Assembly: GCA_963798915.1 (NCBI GenBank)
Contig: CAWCVB010000002.1
Coordinates: 288,001 to 352,000 of the forward strand
Direction of reading: 5' to 3'
From: an uncultured Gemmatimonadales bacterium
Lineage (GTDB): Bacteria; Gemmatimonadota; Gemmatimonadetes; Gemmatimonadales; GWC2-71-9
DNA length: 64,000 nucleotides
How positions within the stretch are numbered: the stretch's first letter is position 1; every line of letters begins with the position of its first letter. The notes under the pieces were generated by a model, which searched no databases, was not told the origin of the DNA, and worked only from the letters and a program-made list of their open reading frames with translations. Shown one piece after another: positions 7,698 to 18,640 of the stretch. Made by a program: the position numbers and the translations under genes.

Positions 7698-10361
7698 CTA
7701 ACGAGCGCCGGCGCCGTTCAGCCGCGCGTTCAGCTCGGTCAACCAACCGTATGCCACCAGCAGTTCGGGGCGCTGCGCGCTGCGGATCATGAGAAACCGG
7801 GTGCCATCGGCCGACACGTCATAGTTGGCGTGGGGTGCCTGCGCGAACATGTAATCATCGGCGAACAAGTCGGTGCGACCTGTCACCGCGAACGCAGGCG
7901 TCGTCGAGACAGACGCGGCGACGAGATGGCGCCCATCACGATAGAAAATCCTTCGGCCATCGGGCGCCCACACTGGCTCGGACCCGCCGCCCACCGAGAC
8001 CTGGACTCGGCCGCCCGGCCCGGGGAAGGGCTGTACCACCACTTCGGATTTTCCCGAGGCATCGGTCGCATAGGCGACCCACTTCCCGTCGGGTGAGACC
8101 CGAGGCTGCGCCTCGACGAAGTCGCTCGCCGCTATTGGGCGTTGGGTGGTATCGCCGGTCATCGCCCGCGCCATCACGTCAGCCTGCGTTGAACCGGCGT
8201 CATCCTGCTGATACACCAGCGACGTCCCATCGTGCGAGACCACCGCCTCATAGTAGTCATGCGCGTCGCTGGCCAGGAGCGGCGCTGGCGGCATGCTGAG
8301 GTCGGCCGGCTGCCACCAGATGGCAGTGCGGCTTCCGCGGTCGGCACGGTAGAGGATCCGGGTCCCGTCGGGCGTCCACTCGGGCCGATCATTCAGCGAG
8401 CCCGAATTGGTGAGGCGTGAGGGAGTGCCGGAGCCGATATCATAGATCCAGATATCGGACCGTCCTCCCGTGCCGACCGCCATGGCGAATCGCTTTCCGT
8501 CGGGCGAGAGACGCGGATAGGCGTACGGCTGCGGATCGTCCAGCACCGGTTGGAAGCGGCCTTGCAGGTCCACCCACCCGATCGTTCCCGCGCTGTTGGA
8601 CGGCTGATAGACCAGCGTGCCGGTGGGCGACAGCGCGGCCTCGCTGGAACCGGCGACGGTGGTGGCGACCGTGGGGCCGAGCACGACCGGGTTGCCCACG
8701 GTGCGTCCGCGAGCGAGGTCGATCCGAGCCGCCATCAGTGCGCCGGTCGGGGCGACGTACACCAGCGTCCCGTTGATGAGGGCCAGTGGATCCAGGGCGC
8801 TGAGCGCGAACCGGGTGATCTTGCCGGTCTCGAGCGACACCGCAGCCAGGTGCGTCCGCGCCAGTCCGCCGGTCAACGTGATGGAGAACAAGGCCTGCTT
8901 CCCGCCCGGCAGCACCCGGGGCTGCTGGAAGTAGAGCTCGCCCGCCGCCGCGTCCGGCTTGGCGATGACCCGCGGTTCTCCGCCGCTCGCCGGCAGGCCG
9001 AGCAGGCCGCCAGCACTGCCGACCAGGATGGTCCCGTCGGCACTCCAGGCCAGTCCCACCTGTCCCACGCCGGTCGGACCGACGACGACGGGCGTGCCGC
9101 CGGTCACCTGCACCTTCCAGATCACGTTGCCAACCAGGAACGCGATCCATTTTCCTTCGGGTCCGAAGACCGGTTGCTGGGCACCGTCGGTGCCGGCGAG
9201 GAACGTCGCCTGCGCCTCGTCCAGCCGGCGGACGTAGAGGCGAGCGGTACCGTTGTCGCCCGCCAGTGCGTAGGCGATGGTTCTGCCGTCGGGAGACAAG
9301 GCGACGTTGGTGCCTTGCGCCGCGTTGGTGACCAGCATGGTGGACCGCAGCTCGATCGGGAACCGGACCACCGCGGGCGTGCGCTCCCGGTGGGCGGCCC
9401 GCCATTCGATCACGGCAAGGACCGCCGCAGCCAGCAGTGCGAGGCCGAGGGTGAGGACCAGCGGGTTCCGCGAGCCGCGCGCGCTGCTGCGGGCACTGAG
9501 GTACGTCGCGCTTGTTGCGGTCCCTCCGCGTCCCTGCAGGGCTTCACTGAACTCGGCGGCGGTGGCAAACCGGTCGGCGGGGAGCTTTTCGAGCGCCGTG
9601 AGGACCGCGGCCTCCACATGCGGCGGCACCGTGCGCCGCTGCGGGCTGATCGGCCGTGGCGCCTCGGTGACGACCCGGGCCACGATGGCCTGGGCCGTGC
9701 TGCCGGTGAAGGGCGGGTCGCCGGTAAGCATTTCGTAGGTGATGCAGCCGAGGGCATAGACATCGCTGGCAGGGCCGATCTCCCGCTCGCCCATGGCCTG
9801 TTCGGGGCTCATGTAGGTGGGCGTGCCGAGACTCATGCCGGTTTCGGTCATCCGGGTGCTGCCGCCGGCGCTGCTCACGGCCAGCGCGATGCCGAAATCG
9901 GCGACCAGGGCCGCACCGTCGTGGAGCAGTACGTTCTCCGGCTTGATGTCGCGGTGGATCACCCCGTGGCGGTGGGCGTAGCCGAGCGCGCCGGCGACCT
10001 CGGTGGCAATCCGCACCGCGTCGGCCACCGGCAGCTGCTTCTCCCGCAGCAACCGGTCGCGCAGCGATTCCCCCTCCACGAACGGCATGACGTAATAGGC
10101 GGTGCCGTTCACCTCGCCCGAGTCGATCAGTCCCAGGATGTGGGGATGCTGCAGATTGGCGATGGTCTTGATCTCGCGCACGAAGCGATCGGCGCCGATG
10201 ACGGCGGCGAGTTCCGGCCGCAGGACCTTGATGGCCACCGGGCGCTCGTGCCGGAGATCCTCGGCCAGGTACACCGTGGCCATGCCGCCGGCGCCCAGCT
10301 CCCGCTCGATGCGGTAGCGGTCGGCCAGGGCGGCGGCGAGGCGGGCAGCGGCTTCCATCAT
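7698..10361 (-). CDS. Ser/Thr kinase K1 with TM and TolB-like (PD40) beta-propeller
   Basis: GAGGMATV, HRDIKPEN, DFG, YMSPE; multiple SPDG repeats. Confidence 0.93.
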   Translation of the reverse strand: MMEAAARLAAALADRYRIERELGAGGMATVYLAEDLRHERPVAIKVLRPELAAVIGADRFVREIKTIANLQHPHILGLIDSGEVNGTAYYVMPFVEGESLRDRLLREKQLPVADAVRIATEVAGALGYAHRHGVIHRDIKPENVLLHDGAALVADFGIALAVSSAGGSTRMTETGMSLGTPTYMSPEQAMGEREIGPASDVYALGCITYEMLTGDPPFTGSTAQAIVARVVTEAPRPISPQRRTVPPHVEAAVLTALEKLPADRFATAAEFSEALQGRGGTATSATYLSARSSARGSRNPLVLTLGLALLAAAVLAVIEWRAAHRERTPAVVRFPIELRSTMLVTNAAQGTNVALSPDGRTIAYALAGDNGTARLYVRRLDEAQATFLAGTDGAQQPVFGPEGKWIAFLVGNVIWKVQVTGGTPVVVGPTGVGQVGLAWSADGTILVGSAGGLLGLPASGGEPRVIAKPDAAAGELYFQQPRVLPGGKQALFSITLTGGLARTHLAAVSLETGKITRFALSALDPLALINGTLVYVAPTGALMAARIDLARGRTVGNPVVLGPTVATTVAGSSEAALSPTGTLVYQPSNSAGTIGWVDLQGRFQPVLDDPQPYAYPRLSPDGKRFAMAVGTGGRSDIWIYDIGSGTPSRLTNSGSLNDRPEWTPDGTRILYRADRGSRTAIWWQPADLSMPPAPLLASDAHDYYEAVVSHDGTSLVYQQDDAGSTQADVMARAMTGDTTQRPIAASDFVEAQPRVSPDGKWVAYATDASGKSEVVVQPFPGPGGRVQVSVGGGSEPVWAPDGRRIFYRDGRHLVAASVSTTPAFAVTGRTDLFADDYMFAQAPHANYDVSADGTRFLMIRSAQRPELLVAYGWLTELNARLNGAGAR

Positions 10362-13237
10362 CGCGGCACTCCTTGATCTCCCAGCGCAGCTAACTCCGCC
10401 CGCACGCTGTCCCTCTGGGGAATGCGCGACGGTTCCGGGTTGACCCGGAGATGAAGGTAGTTTCGATAGGCACGGATGGCTCCTGCCTGGTCTCCGTTTT
10501 GTGCCGCGAGCCGTCCCTCAAGCCGGAACGATTCGGCGAGACCGGCAGCCTCGGGTTGTCCCTGGATGGACCAGCGGCGGCGCACTGCCCGGAGCGCGCG
10601 ATCCGTCCGACCCTCGATCTCGTAAAGCCGGGCTAACTCGATCGAACCCCAATTCATATTTTGCTGGAAACCCCGCCACAAGGAGTCGGCCAGGTCCACC
10701 AGATGTGGGGCCGTCGGCCTGTTATCCTGAACCGCCAGCCATGCGTCACTCAGGACAACGATACGCGACCAGTCGCCTTGCAGCGTATCCATGCCGGCCG
10801 CCGTGCGAGCACCGGCCGTGGCCCGGGCGCCCGCCGTCAGGTCTCCCCGTGAAAGCCTCCACACGTCCCCCATGTCAGTGGCCAACGCCATGCTGTCCGG
10901 CGGTTCGCCACCGAACCAAATGGCGCCGGTAACGATGGCGGTCGGGCCCATATCGGGAGTCAAGCTTCGCAGTGTATCCATCCACCGTGCCGCCTCCAAT
11001 GGCCGGCCTTCATTCCATAACGTCTCCGCCATGGTCAGGGCGACCTGCACCCGCTGATCCGTCGTGGTGGCCCGCCGATGGATGGCGGCGAGCAGCGCCG
11101 ACTGGTGGGCGATCGTGACGCTGTCCAACGGATCATCTTGAAGGATTATCGCAGGCACGTTGGCGGGCAGCGAATCCAGCGCGGCCAGAAACAGCCGGAT
11201 ACCCGCAGTGTCGCCGGTGGCCGCCAACCAGTCCCAGCGCGCCCGGTTGGCCAACTCTCCTGTTGAATCGAGCGCGAGTTGCCGCGTGGTCCAGAGACGC
11301 TGGGCCGTGGTATCAGACGAGACAAAGGCAAGGCGGGCCAGGTGATCGACCGGGCCACCGAAGAGCGAGTCCTCTTGAAAGGCCCGCTCGAAGGCCTGGC
11401 GCGATCGCATCTGTGGATTCTGCACATCCGAAAGCTGACCCCAGTGATACAGCGCATCACCCAGGTAGTACCAGGCCTCGGCGCTCTCGGGCATAAGCTC
11501 GGTCGCCCGTTCTCGGTCGGCGATCTGTTCGGTCCAGGGGGTCGCGCGTGGATAGCGGGAACCGAGACGAATGGAAAGGAAGAGCTGATCATACTGGTTC
11601 AATCGGTCGCGGTACTGCCATGCCAGGCGCCGGACGCGGTCCATATCGCCCGTCGCGCGGTGCCACCCATCCGCCTCGATGAGAGCAGAGAGGGCGAGCG
11701 CAAATGTCGAATCGAGACGCGCCGCGCGTTCCAGGAGCGGGGTCGCGTCCTCAAAAGCACCGCGACGATAGGCCGCTCGCCCGTCGAGATAAGCTCGGAG
11801 CGCGTCGAGACTGGTGGTCGTGAGAGCACTGAGTTGCGTGGAGCTGGCACCGGCATCGAGCGCCAGAAGTCGGGCAGTGAAACGATCGACCAAGATGAAG
11901 AGGCTATCCTTCGGGCCTTCGACGCTGGTCTCAGCCACCGTGCGACCACCCGGCATTTCAACCAGAGTTCCGCTGAGCACGAGGTGTTCCGGTGGACCCA
12001 CAATGCTGCCTTCAAGGACTCTGCCTGCGCCGACTTTTCGAGCCACTCCGGCCATTGCCGCTGCGGAAAGGTCGTCGGATTCAGTTCCGCCGGCGTCGCG
12101 GACAGCGGCCAACACTGACCGGGCGTCCGCCGCGCGAACGCCGCCCTCACCGGTCAGCTTGGTCTGCAGCAAGTCGAGCATCCCCTGCCGCAGGTACTGG
12201 ACACTCTGATCGGCACCGGCCACCCGAAAGGGCATGACCGCAATGACATTGGGGTCCAGAAGATGCCCGGCGGAGCGAGACCACGGCCTCCACAGGATGA
12301 GCACGAACCCCGCCAGTACCACGAGCATCAGGAAGACAAGGGGGCGACCCTTCTTGCCCGGCGCCGGCGCTGGAATCGAAGCGCCAGCACGCATACCAGC
12401 ACCGGTAGACGGGTCAAGGGCTCGGGCAAACTCCGCCATGGACGCGAATCGATCGGCGGGAACTTTGCTCAGGGCTTTGGCCACGGCAGCGTCGACTTCA
12501 TCGGATACCGAGTCCCGCACCACCCGGAGCCGGGTCGGCCGTTCGGTCATCAGTTTGGCGATGATCGCGCGCGCATTGGGTCCGGTGACCGGCGGCTCGC
12601 CCGCCAGCATCTCGTACAGTACGGCGCCGAGACTGTAGACATCGCTCCGCGCGTCGAGGTCCCGGTCGCCGGTCGCCTGCTCGGGGCTCATGTACTGCGG
12701 CGTGCCGAGAGAGAGGCCGGTCTCGGTGAGTCGGTTGCCTCCCGCCTCCTGAACCGCCAGGGCGATGCCGAAATCCGCCAGCATCGCCTCGCCTTCGTGG
12801 AGCAGGATATTCCCCGGCTTGATGTCACGGTGGATGACGCCGTGGCGGTGGGCATAGTCGAGCGCACCGGCCACCTCGGTCGCGATCCGCACCGCGTCAG
12901 CCACCGGAAGCTGGGCCTCCCGGTTGAGCCGGTCGCGGAGCGATTCGCCCTCCACGTAGGGCATCACATAGTAAAGGAAGGAATCGGCTTCCCCCGAGTC
13001 GTGGAGCGGGAGGATGTGGGGATGCTGGAGGTTGGCGGTAGTCCGGATCTCGCCCAGGAAGCGTTCGGCTCCGATAACGGCGGCCAGCTCTGGGCGCAGC
13101 ACCTTCACGGCGACCTTGCGATGATGCTTGAGATCCTCGGCGAGATAGACCGTGGCCATGCCGCCCGCGCCGAGCTCCCGGTCGATGCGGTAGCGGTCAG
13201 CCAAGGCCGCGGCGAGACGAGAAGACGCTTCCGTCAT
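10358..13237 (-). CDS. Ser/Thr kinase K2 with TM, TolB-N-like and TPR region
   Basis: HRDIKPGN, DFG, YMSPE; TM; IAVMPF; TPR-like helices. Confidence 0.92.
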   Translation of the reverse strand: MTEASSRLAAALADRYRIDRELGAGGMATVYLAEDLKHHRKVAVKVLRPELAAVIGAERFLGEIRTTANLQHPHILPLHDSGEADSFLYYVMPYVEGESLRDRLNREAQLPVADAVRIATEVAGALDYAHRHGVIHRDIKPGNILLHEGEAMLADFGIALAVQEAGGNRLTETGLSLGTPQYMSPEQATGDRDLDARSDVYSLGAVLYEMLAGEPPVTGPNARAIIAKLMTERPTRLRVVRDSVSDEVDAAVAKALSKVPADRFASMAEFARALDPSTGAGMRAGASIPAPAPGKKGRPLVFLMLVVLAGFVLILWRPWSRSAGHLLDPNVIAVMPFRVAGADQSVQYLRQGMLDLLQTKLTGEGGVRAADARSVLAAVRDAGGTESDDLSAAAMAGVARKVGAGRVLEGSIVGPPEHLVLSGTLVEMPGGRTVAETSVEGPKDSLFILVDRFTARLLALDAGASSTQLSALTTTSLDALRAYLDGRAAYRRGAFEDATPLLERAARLDSTFALALSALIEADGWHRATGDMDRVRRLAWQYRDRLNQYDQLFLSIRLGSRYPRATPWTEQIADRERATELMPESAEAWYYLGDALYHWGQLSDVQNPQMRSRQAFERAFQEDSLFGGPVDHLARLAFVSSDTTAQRLWTTRQLALDSTGELANRARWDWLAATGDTAGIRLFLAALDSLPANVPAIILQDDPLDSVTIAHQSALLAAIHRRATTTDQRVQVALTMAETLWNEGRPLEAARWMDTLRSLTPDMGPTAIVTGAIWFGGEPPDSMALATDMGDVWRLSRGDLTAGARATAGARTAAGMDTLQGDWSRIVVLSDAWLAVQDNRPTAPHLVDLADSLWRGFQQNMNWGSIELARLYEIEGRTDRALRAVRRRWSIQGQPEAAGLAESFRLEGRLAAQNGDQAGAIRAYRNYLHLRVNPEPSRIPQRDSVRAELAALGDQGVPR

Positions 13238-13414
13238 GCCCCCCGCCCTTCACGCGGCTGAACGCCGCGGCTCGGCAAGATGTCGCGGTGCGACAGTCGC
13301 GTCGCCGGTATCTCGGCGTGGCGAAGCCACGCTCTGCCGAGCAGCGAATTGATTCGCGGGGCCGTCCGAGTGCCAAGACCACCTTCGCCAACCAATCGCG
13401 GAGCGATCGTCTGC

Positions 13415-13450
13415 CCCTTCGCGGCGCTCAGGACAGGCTCAGGCGTGACG
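13415..13450 (-). repeat. CGTC/TGTC-type REP-like element
   Basis: CGTCACGCCTGAGCCTGTCCTGAGCGCCGCGAAGGG resembles the copies at 39436 and 41190. Confidence 0.65.
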
Positions 13451-13461
13451 ACAGTCGCGGC

Positions 13462-13521
13462 CCGCTCGATGCGGTAGCGGTCGGCCAAGGCGGCCGTGAG
13501 GCGATCAACACTCATGGTCAT
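13462..13521 (-). pseudogene. Kinase gene stub (first ~18 codons only)
   Basis: MSVDRLTAALADRYRIER matches the array N-termini; homology then stops at a REP-like element. Confidence 0.8.
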
Positions 13522-13524
13522 GCC

Positions 13525-15876
13525 TCATAGAAAATTGAGCCGCTTCATCAGCTCCACGAAACGCGGTTCCGACCGCAGGGGATCGAAGATGTGGTCCATC
13601 TTGAGCCACACCAGGGACTGCGAATCGGCGGCGTAGGCCTGCTCGAGATAATCGAGGACGCGGGGGTGGTCGCCCAGGCCAAGGTAGACCAGGGCGAGGT
13701 CGAACGGGTTTCCCTCCCCGCTTGGCGACATCCGCTTGAGCCGGTCGATGCTCGCCATCGCGCGGGCGCGGTCACCGGACTTGCCATATGCGTACGCCAG
13801 GTACGCAGTGGCGAATGACGGCGCCCCAAGGGACTGGGAGCGCTCAAGCTTGGGGATCGCCGCCCGGTAGTTGCCGGTCTGCAGTGCCAGCTGCCCTTCC
13901 TCCAGCGGCGGGAAGAAGAAGGTTGGATCGAGCTCGGCGGCTCGCCGGGAGAGTTCCAACACCGGGGCTGCTTTTCGATCGAACATGAACGGCATCATGT
14001 TGTCGATCAGGATCGACGGGGAGAGCGGATCGAGTTTCGCCGCCACTGCTCCCTCGACCTTCGCCTCCTCCAGTCTTCCCACAATCGAGAGCACCAGGCC
14101 GAACTGGTCGTGGGCAAAAGCGTAATTGGGATTGAGAGCGATCGCGCGCCGGAACTCGCGCTCGCTTCCGGTCCAGTCATGCTCGTACCAGGCCTTGAAC
14201 ACGGCCAGCGACGTGTGCGCCTCGGCCGACGTGCTATCGAGCGCCACGGCACGCTCCGCAGCGTCCCGCGCGGGGCGCCCCGCGTCGGTCGCGCTGATGA
14301 ATCCCTCGTTGAATCCGGCCCAGGTGTACGCATCGGACAGTCCCGACCAGGCAGGGGCGAAGTCCGGGCTGAGCTTCACCGCCTCGTTGAACTGGGCAAT
14401 GGCCTTCTGCAGGTTCTCATCAGTGGGGCGATTGAAGAAGAAGCGGCCCTTGAGGTACGCATCGTGGGCCTCGGGATTGACGGTTGGCGCCGCGGCGAGG
14501 CGGGACTGCTCGCCCGGCGTCAGCCGAACGTTGATGGCGCTGGCGATGGCCGAGGCCAGCTCCGCCTGAAGTGTCAGCACGTCACTCGACCGGCGCTCGA
14601 ACGTCTGCGCCCAGAGATGCTTGTCAATCCGGGCGTCGATCAGCTGGGCGTTGATCCGGACCCGATCGCCGGAGCGGGTCACGGATCCCTCCACGATCGC
14701 ATCTACACCGAGCGCCTTGGCAATCTCCGGAGTGGAGAGGCGGCCGCGTCCCTTGAACTGCATTGCCGACCCGCGCGAGGTGACCCGCAGCTGGCTGATC
14801 GTCGCCAGGTCGCTGGTCAGCTCATCGGTCATTCCCTCGGCGAAATACTCCTGGGTGGAGTCGGCAGAATAGTTGTCGAGCGGCAGGACGGCGATCGAGC
14901 GAATGGCGCCGCCGGGTTCCGCTGGGGCCACACCACCACGCTGGCGGTAGAGGACCACGCCGACGATGAGGACGAGAAGGAGGCCGATGGCCAGCCCGGC
15001 TCCCCGCCACCCTCCTGGCCACGCCAGCCAGGCGCGGCGCGGCGTCAGGGCCGGAGGGCTCGAGAGCGCCCCGGCAAAATCGCGCGCGCTGGCAAAGCGG
15101 TCGATCGGCGCCTTGGCGAGCGCGCGCATCACCGCCGCGTCAATCGCTGCCGGAACGGTCTGTCGCAGCACTCGCAGTGACGTCGGGCGCTCGGTCATCA
15201 GCTTCGCCACCACCGCCTGGACCGACCCCCCGGTCACGGGCGGCTCACCCGCGAGCATCTCGTATGTCACCGCCCCGAGGGAATAGATGTCGCTGCGGGC
15301 ATCGAGGTGGCGATCGCCCGCGGCCTGTTCCGGGCTCATGTAGCTCGGCGTGCCCAGGGACAAACCGGTCCCGGTGAGGCGGTCGCCTCCGGCCTCGCTG
15401 ATGGCCAGCGCAATGCCGAAGTCGGTGAGAATCGCCTCGCCCTCATGGAGCAGGATGTTTTCTGGCTTGATGTCGCGATGGATCACGCCCTGGCGGTGGG
15501 CGTAGTCGAGCGCCGCGGCAACCTGCCGCGCGATGGCGAGCGCTTCGTCGATTCCGAGCTGGCCTTCCCGCGTGAGCTTGCTGCGCAGCGATTCGCCGCG
15601 CACGAAGGGCATGACGTAGAACAGGGTGCCGTCCACGGCGCCGGACTCGATCAGCGTCAGGATGTGAGGGTGGTCGAGCCGAGCGGTGATCTTCACTTCA
15701 GCAAGGAAGCGCTCGGCGCCCAGCGCCACGGCCAGCTCGGGCCGCAGGACCTTGATTGCCACCTGACGGCCGTGCTTGAGATCCTGGGCGAGATACACCG
15801 TGGCCATGCCGCCGGCGCCGAGTTCGCGCTCAATCACATATCGGTCGGCCAGGGCCGCGGCGAGCTGATCGCTCAC
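13525..15876 (-). CDS. Ser/Thr kinase K3 with TM, TolB-N-like and TPR domains
   Basis: Full kinase motifs; SIAVLPL; TPRs; DHIFDPLRSEPRF. GTG start overlaps the K4 stop. Confidence 0.92.
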   Translation of the reverse strand: MSDQLAAALADRYVIERELGAGGMATVYLAQDLKHGRQVAIKVLRPELAVALGAERFLAEVKITARLDHPHILTLIESGAVDGTLFYVMPFVRGESLRSKLTREGQLGIDEALAIARQVAAALDYAHRQGVIHRDIKPENILLHEGEAILTDFGIALAISEAGGDRLTGTGLSLGTPSYMSPEQAAGDRHLDARSDIYSLGAVTYEMLAGEPPVTGGSVQAVVAKLMTERPTSLRVLRQTVPAAIDAAVMRALAKAPIDRFASARDFAGALSSPPALTPRRAWLAWPGGWRGAGLAIGLLLVLIVGVVLYRQRGGVAPAEPGGAIRSIAVLPLDNYSADSTQEYFAEGMTDELTSDLATISQLRVTSRGSAMQFKGRGRLSTPEIAKALGVDAIVEGSVTRSGDRVRINAQLIDARIDKHLWAQTFERRSSDVLTLQAELASAIASAINVRLTPGEQSRLAAAPTVNPEAHDAYLKGRFFFNRPTDENLQKAIAQFNEAVKLSPDFAPAWSGLSDAYTWAGFNEGFISATDAGRPARDAAERAVALDSTSAEAHTSLAVFKAWYEHDWTGSEREFRRAIALNPNYAFAHDQFGLVLSIVGRLEEAKVEGAVAAKLDPLSPSILIDNMMPFMFDRKAAPVLELSRRAAELDPTFFFPPLEEGQLALQTGNYRAAIPKLERSQSLGAPSFATAYLAYAYGKSGDRARAMASIDRLKRMSPSGEGNPFDLALVYLGLGDHPRVLDYLEQAYAADSQSLVWLKMDHIFDPLRSEPRFVELMKRLNFL

Positions 15877-18570
15877 CGGACCACCCATGCCGCGTCATTC
15901 TTCAGCAACGCCTGGATGCGGGGATCATCACGGATTCCGTCGAAGAGGGGGTCGAGACGGATGGAGGCCGGGGTGATTTCCAGCACTGACGCCCAGGTGA
16001 CCGGCGTGCGAGCCCGTGCCGTGATCAGCCGGATGGCCTCGTCGCGATGTCCCAGCAGCAGGTGAATTGCTATCAGGCCGTCGACGCTTCGCGGGCCCTC
16101 GGCGGCATCACGCGCCGCCGGATTCAACACGATCGCGCGCTGGCCCTCTTCAACGGCGTCAACGGCGCGCCCCTGGATCGCGCGGGAGATGCCCAGGATC
16201 GTGTGGAAGTCGGCGGCAGTTCCGAAGACGCCGGCTCCACCCAAGCGGTCGAGGAAGGCGCTGGCGAGCCGTGCGGCCGAATCGGCGCGCGCCCGGGCCC
16301 GGGCGAGTGAACCCGACGCCACGTCATCGAGAGCCAGATATATCAACTGCTGCGGCCGATCGAGTGGTCGGGCGTTCTCGGTCTGGTTCAATGCCACGGC
16401 GGCGGCGTCGAACTGGCGGGCAATGCGCGCCAGCATGGCCGTCATCCCCGCGCGCAGCTCGGGCGAGACTCCTGTCGGAAGCGACGCAACGAACGTTCGG
16501 GCCGCCGCAGTATCTCCTCGGCCGAACACGATCGCCCAGAACAACCGCCCGGTATTGACTTCGCTCGCTGGGTCGACAATCTGGGCCCGGCGCAGCATCT
16601 GCTCAGCCTCGGGTAGTCGCCGCGTCACCAGGTAGGTCCATCCCATGTCACTCAGCGCGCCAGCGTTTCTCGGATCAAGCGCGATCAGCTTCCGTTCCGC
16701 GGCGAGCGCCTCGTCCCAATGGCCCCGTCGGCGCGCGATGAACCCGACCCCCGCGACCGCGTCGGCGTCGCTGGGCCGGGCCGCGGCCACGGCCCGGAAG
16801 AGAGCGAGCGCGGCGTCGAAGTCGGCTCGCGCGTAGTACGCGATAGTACGCCTGGGCGATCTTCGTCTCGGATGACGCCGGCGCCAGCGCTACGGCGCGA
16901 TTCAGGGCAGCCCGGGCCGGCAACGTATCGCTCGTCGTACCTTCGCGCACCAGCCAGCTCCGCGCCGCCGCGAGGCCGGCCCATGCCTCGGCGAAATTCG
17001 AATCGAGCGCGACCGCGCGCTCGAAGGCGCGCGTGGCCCCGGTGTCGGTGATGAACGTGCCGCGATTGGCGAACATCGCCTGCCCGCGATGGTACCAGTC
17101 GATCGCCTCGAGGTTTTGGGTCGGCGCCTTCCGCGCCGCCGCGATCTCCGAACTGGTGAAGCTCGCCCGGAGTGCCTGCGCCACGTTGCTCGCGATGTCA
17201 CCCTGGATGGTGAAGATGTTCTGCGCCGACAGCTCGCGATCGTAGGAGTCGGCCCAGATCTGGCGATCGCTCGGCGCATCCACCAGCTGCACCGTCACGC
17301 GCACCTGGTTGCCGGCCCGCTGGACCTGGCCCTGCAGCAGGCTCTGCACGCCCAGTTCCGACCCGATCTGTCGGGTCCCCTTGGTGGTGTGCCGGTATTC
17401 CTGCACCGAGTTCCGCGACGTCACCTGCAGCGCGCCAAGACGGGTCAGGTCAGTCAGGATTTCGCTCTGCATGCCGTCGGTGAACGCCGCATTACTGCTG
17501 TCGCCGCCGACGTTCTCAAACGGCAGCACCGCCACCGACCGCGGGCCCGTGGCGCCACGGGTAGCGCCGGCGCCACGTCCTGTGGCTCGCGTGAGCGCAT
17601 AGCCGCCGGCCGCCAGCACTAGCAGTCCGATCGCGGCCATGGCCCAGCGCGGTACGCGGCTGAACAGCGCCCTGGCCGGACGGGCCGCGGCAACTGGCAT
17701 CGTGGCCGTTGGCGTCAATCCTCCGCTCGGCGTGGCCAGCGGCTCGAGCTGCGCCAGCATCTCTTCGGCGGACTGCCACCGGTCTGCCGGCCGCTTCTCC
17801 AGGGCCTTCATGATGACATTCGTCAGCGCCGGCGAAAGCGACGGCCGGTGGCTGCTCAGGAGCTCGGGTGCCTGCATCACGTGCGCGGCGAGAACCTGCT
17901 GCGGTGAGGCGCCGGTGAAGGGCGGACGTCCGGCCAGCAGCTCGTAGCCCATGACGCCCAGCGCATAGATGTCGACGCGGTGGTCGAGATGCGGATCCGC
18001 ACTCGCCTGTTCCGGCGCCATGTATGCCGGGGTGCCGAGGGCCACGCCAAGGGTGGTAAGGCGGTTCTGCCCGCTCGCCTCGTTCACCGCCTTGGCGACG
18101 CCGAAATCCATCACCAGCGCGTGACGGCCGGAGAGCATCACGTTCTCGGGCTTGATGTCGCGGTGCACCACGCCCCGGCTGTGGGCGTGGCCCAGCGCAT
18201 CGGCGATCTCGGAGAGCAGTCGCACCGCCTCGTGGACCGGGAGCTCCCCCTGGCGCGTCAGACGCTCGCGGAGCGACTCGCCTTCCACGTAGGGCATGAC
18301 GTAGTAGAGGAAGCCGTCGGCGCTGCCGGAATCGAACACGCCGAGGATGTGGGGGTGCTGGAGCCGCGCGGCGATCTCGATCTCCTGCGTGAAGCGATCG
18401 GGACCGAGCGCGGCGGTCAGGTCCGGCCGCAGCACCTTGATGGCCACCTGGCGGCGATGCCTGATGTCTTCGGCGAGATAGACCGTGGCCATGCCGCCCG
18501 CACCAAGCTCGCGCTCGATGCGATACCGGCTGGCGAGGGCGGCAGAAAGTCGCGTGAGGGTATCAGGCAT
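15873..18570 (-). CDS. Ser/Thr kinase K4 (TolB-N/TPR), split by a 1-nt frameshift near 16842
   Basis: ORFs 16675..18570 and 15873..16790 join as AQAYY-AYYARADF if one C is removed; C-terminus DPLFDGIRDDPR. Confidence 0.85.
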
Positions 18571-18640
18571 GTTGCACCCTCAGTTCACCGCCCGAGCCGC
18601 GGCTTGCAGCCGCGAGCCGATCGATTGACGCGGTTGGCAT

